Source: Sulfurihydrogenibium sp. (GTDB lineage: Bacteria > Aquificota > Aquificia > Aquificales > Hydrogenothermaceae). From it: a stretch of 17,272 bases of DNA. The stretch covers positions 1-17,272 of the forward strand of contig JBBIPN010000023.1 in assembly GCA_037442825.1 (NCBI GenBank), given 5' to 3'. Each line of letters starts with the position of its first letter. Position 1 is the first letter of the stretch. Below are positions 17,271 through 17,272 of the stretch, one piece after another. The notes under the pieces are model-generated. The model made no database searches. It saw nothing but the letters and a program-made list of their open reading frames with translations, and had not been told where the DNA came from. The position numbers and the translations under genes were made by a program.

Positions 17271-17272
17271 TA

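Noticed and set aside
1..17272. CRISPR array, tandem repeats or IS elements
   Set aside because: None seen by eye. The intergenic gaps are short and contain no regularly spaced repeats.

Overview
A compact, AT-rich bacterial chromosome segment with no CRISPR array, transposase, integrase or prophage visible. The tmRNA tag (IPEREIALAA), the low GC content and the gene style suggest Aquificota, probably Hydrogenothermaceae (inference). Gene order: rsmD(partial)-coaD-lptE-like-holA-lptB (+); then on the minus strand rluD-slt-ribE-K+ channel/RCK-DUF6394-like; typA (+); gmhA-TPR-sigma54 activator (-); a decayed C-terminal gene fragment resembling a beta-hydroxyacid dehydrogenase (+); tmRNA ssrA (-, not in the ORF track); a small 2-Cys protein-YeiH-USP cluster (-), divergent from an N-terminally short RlmN/Cfr-like radical SAM gene (+); and ricT/PSP1(partial)-kdsD (-). 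Most of the window is housekeeping. The most interesting items are the non-canonical RlmN-like enzyme and its divergent partner cluster, a channel with an altered filter (TVGYTE) and a degenerate RCK motif coupled to a small membrane protein, and the tmRNA's unusual tag and 3' end with the gene remnant next to it. All family calls come from motif recognition, not database searches.
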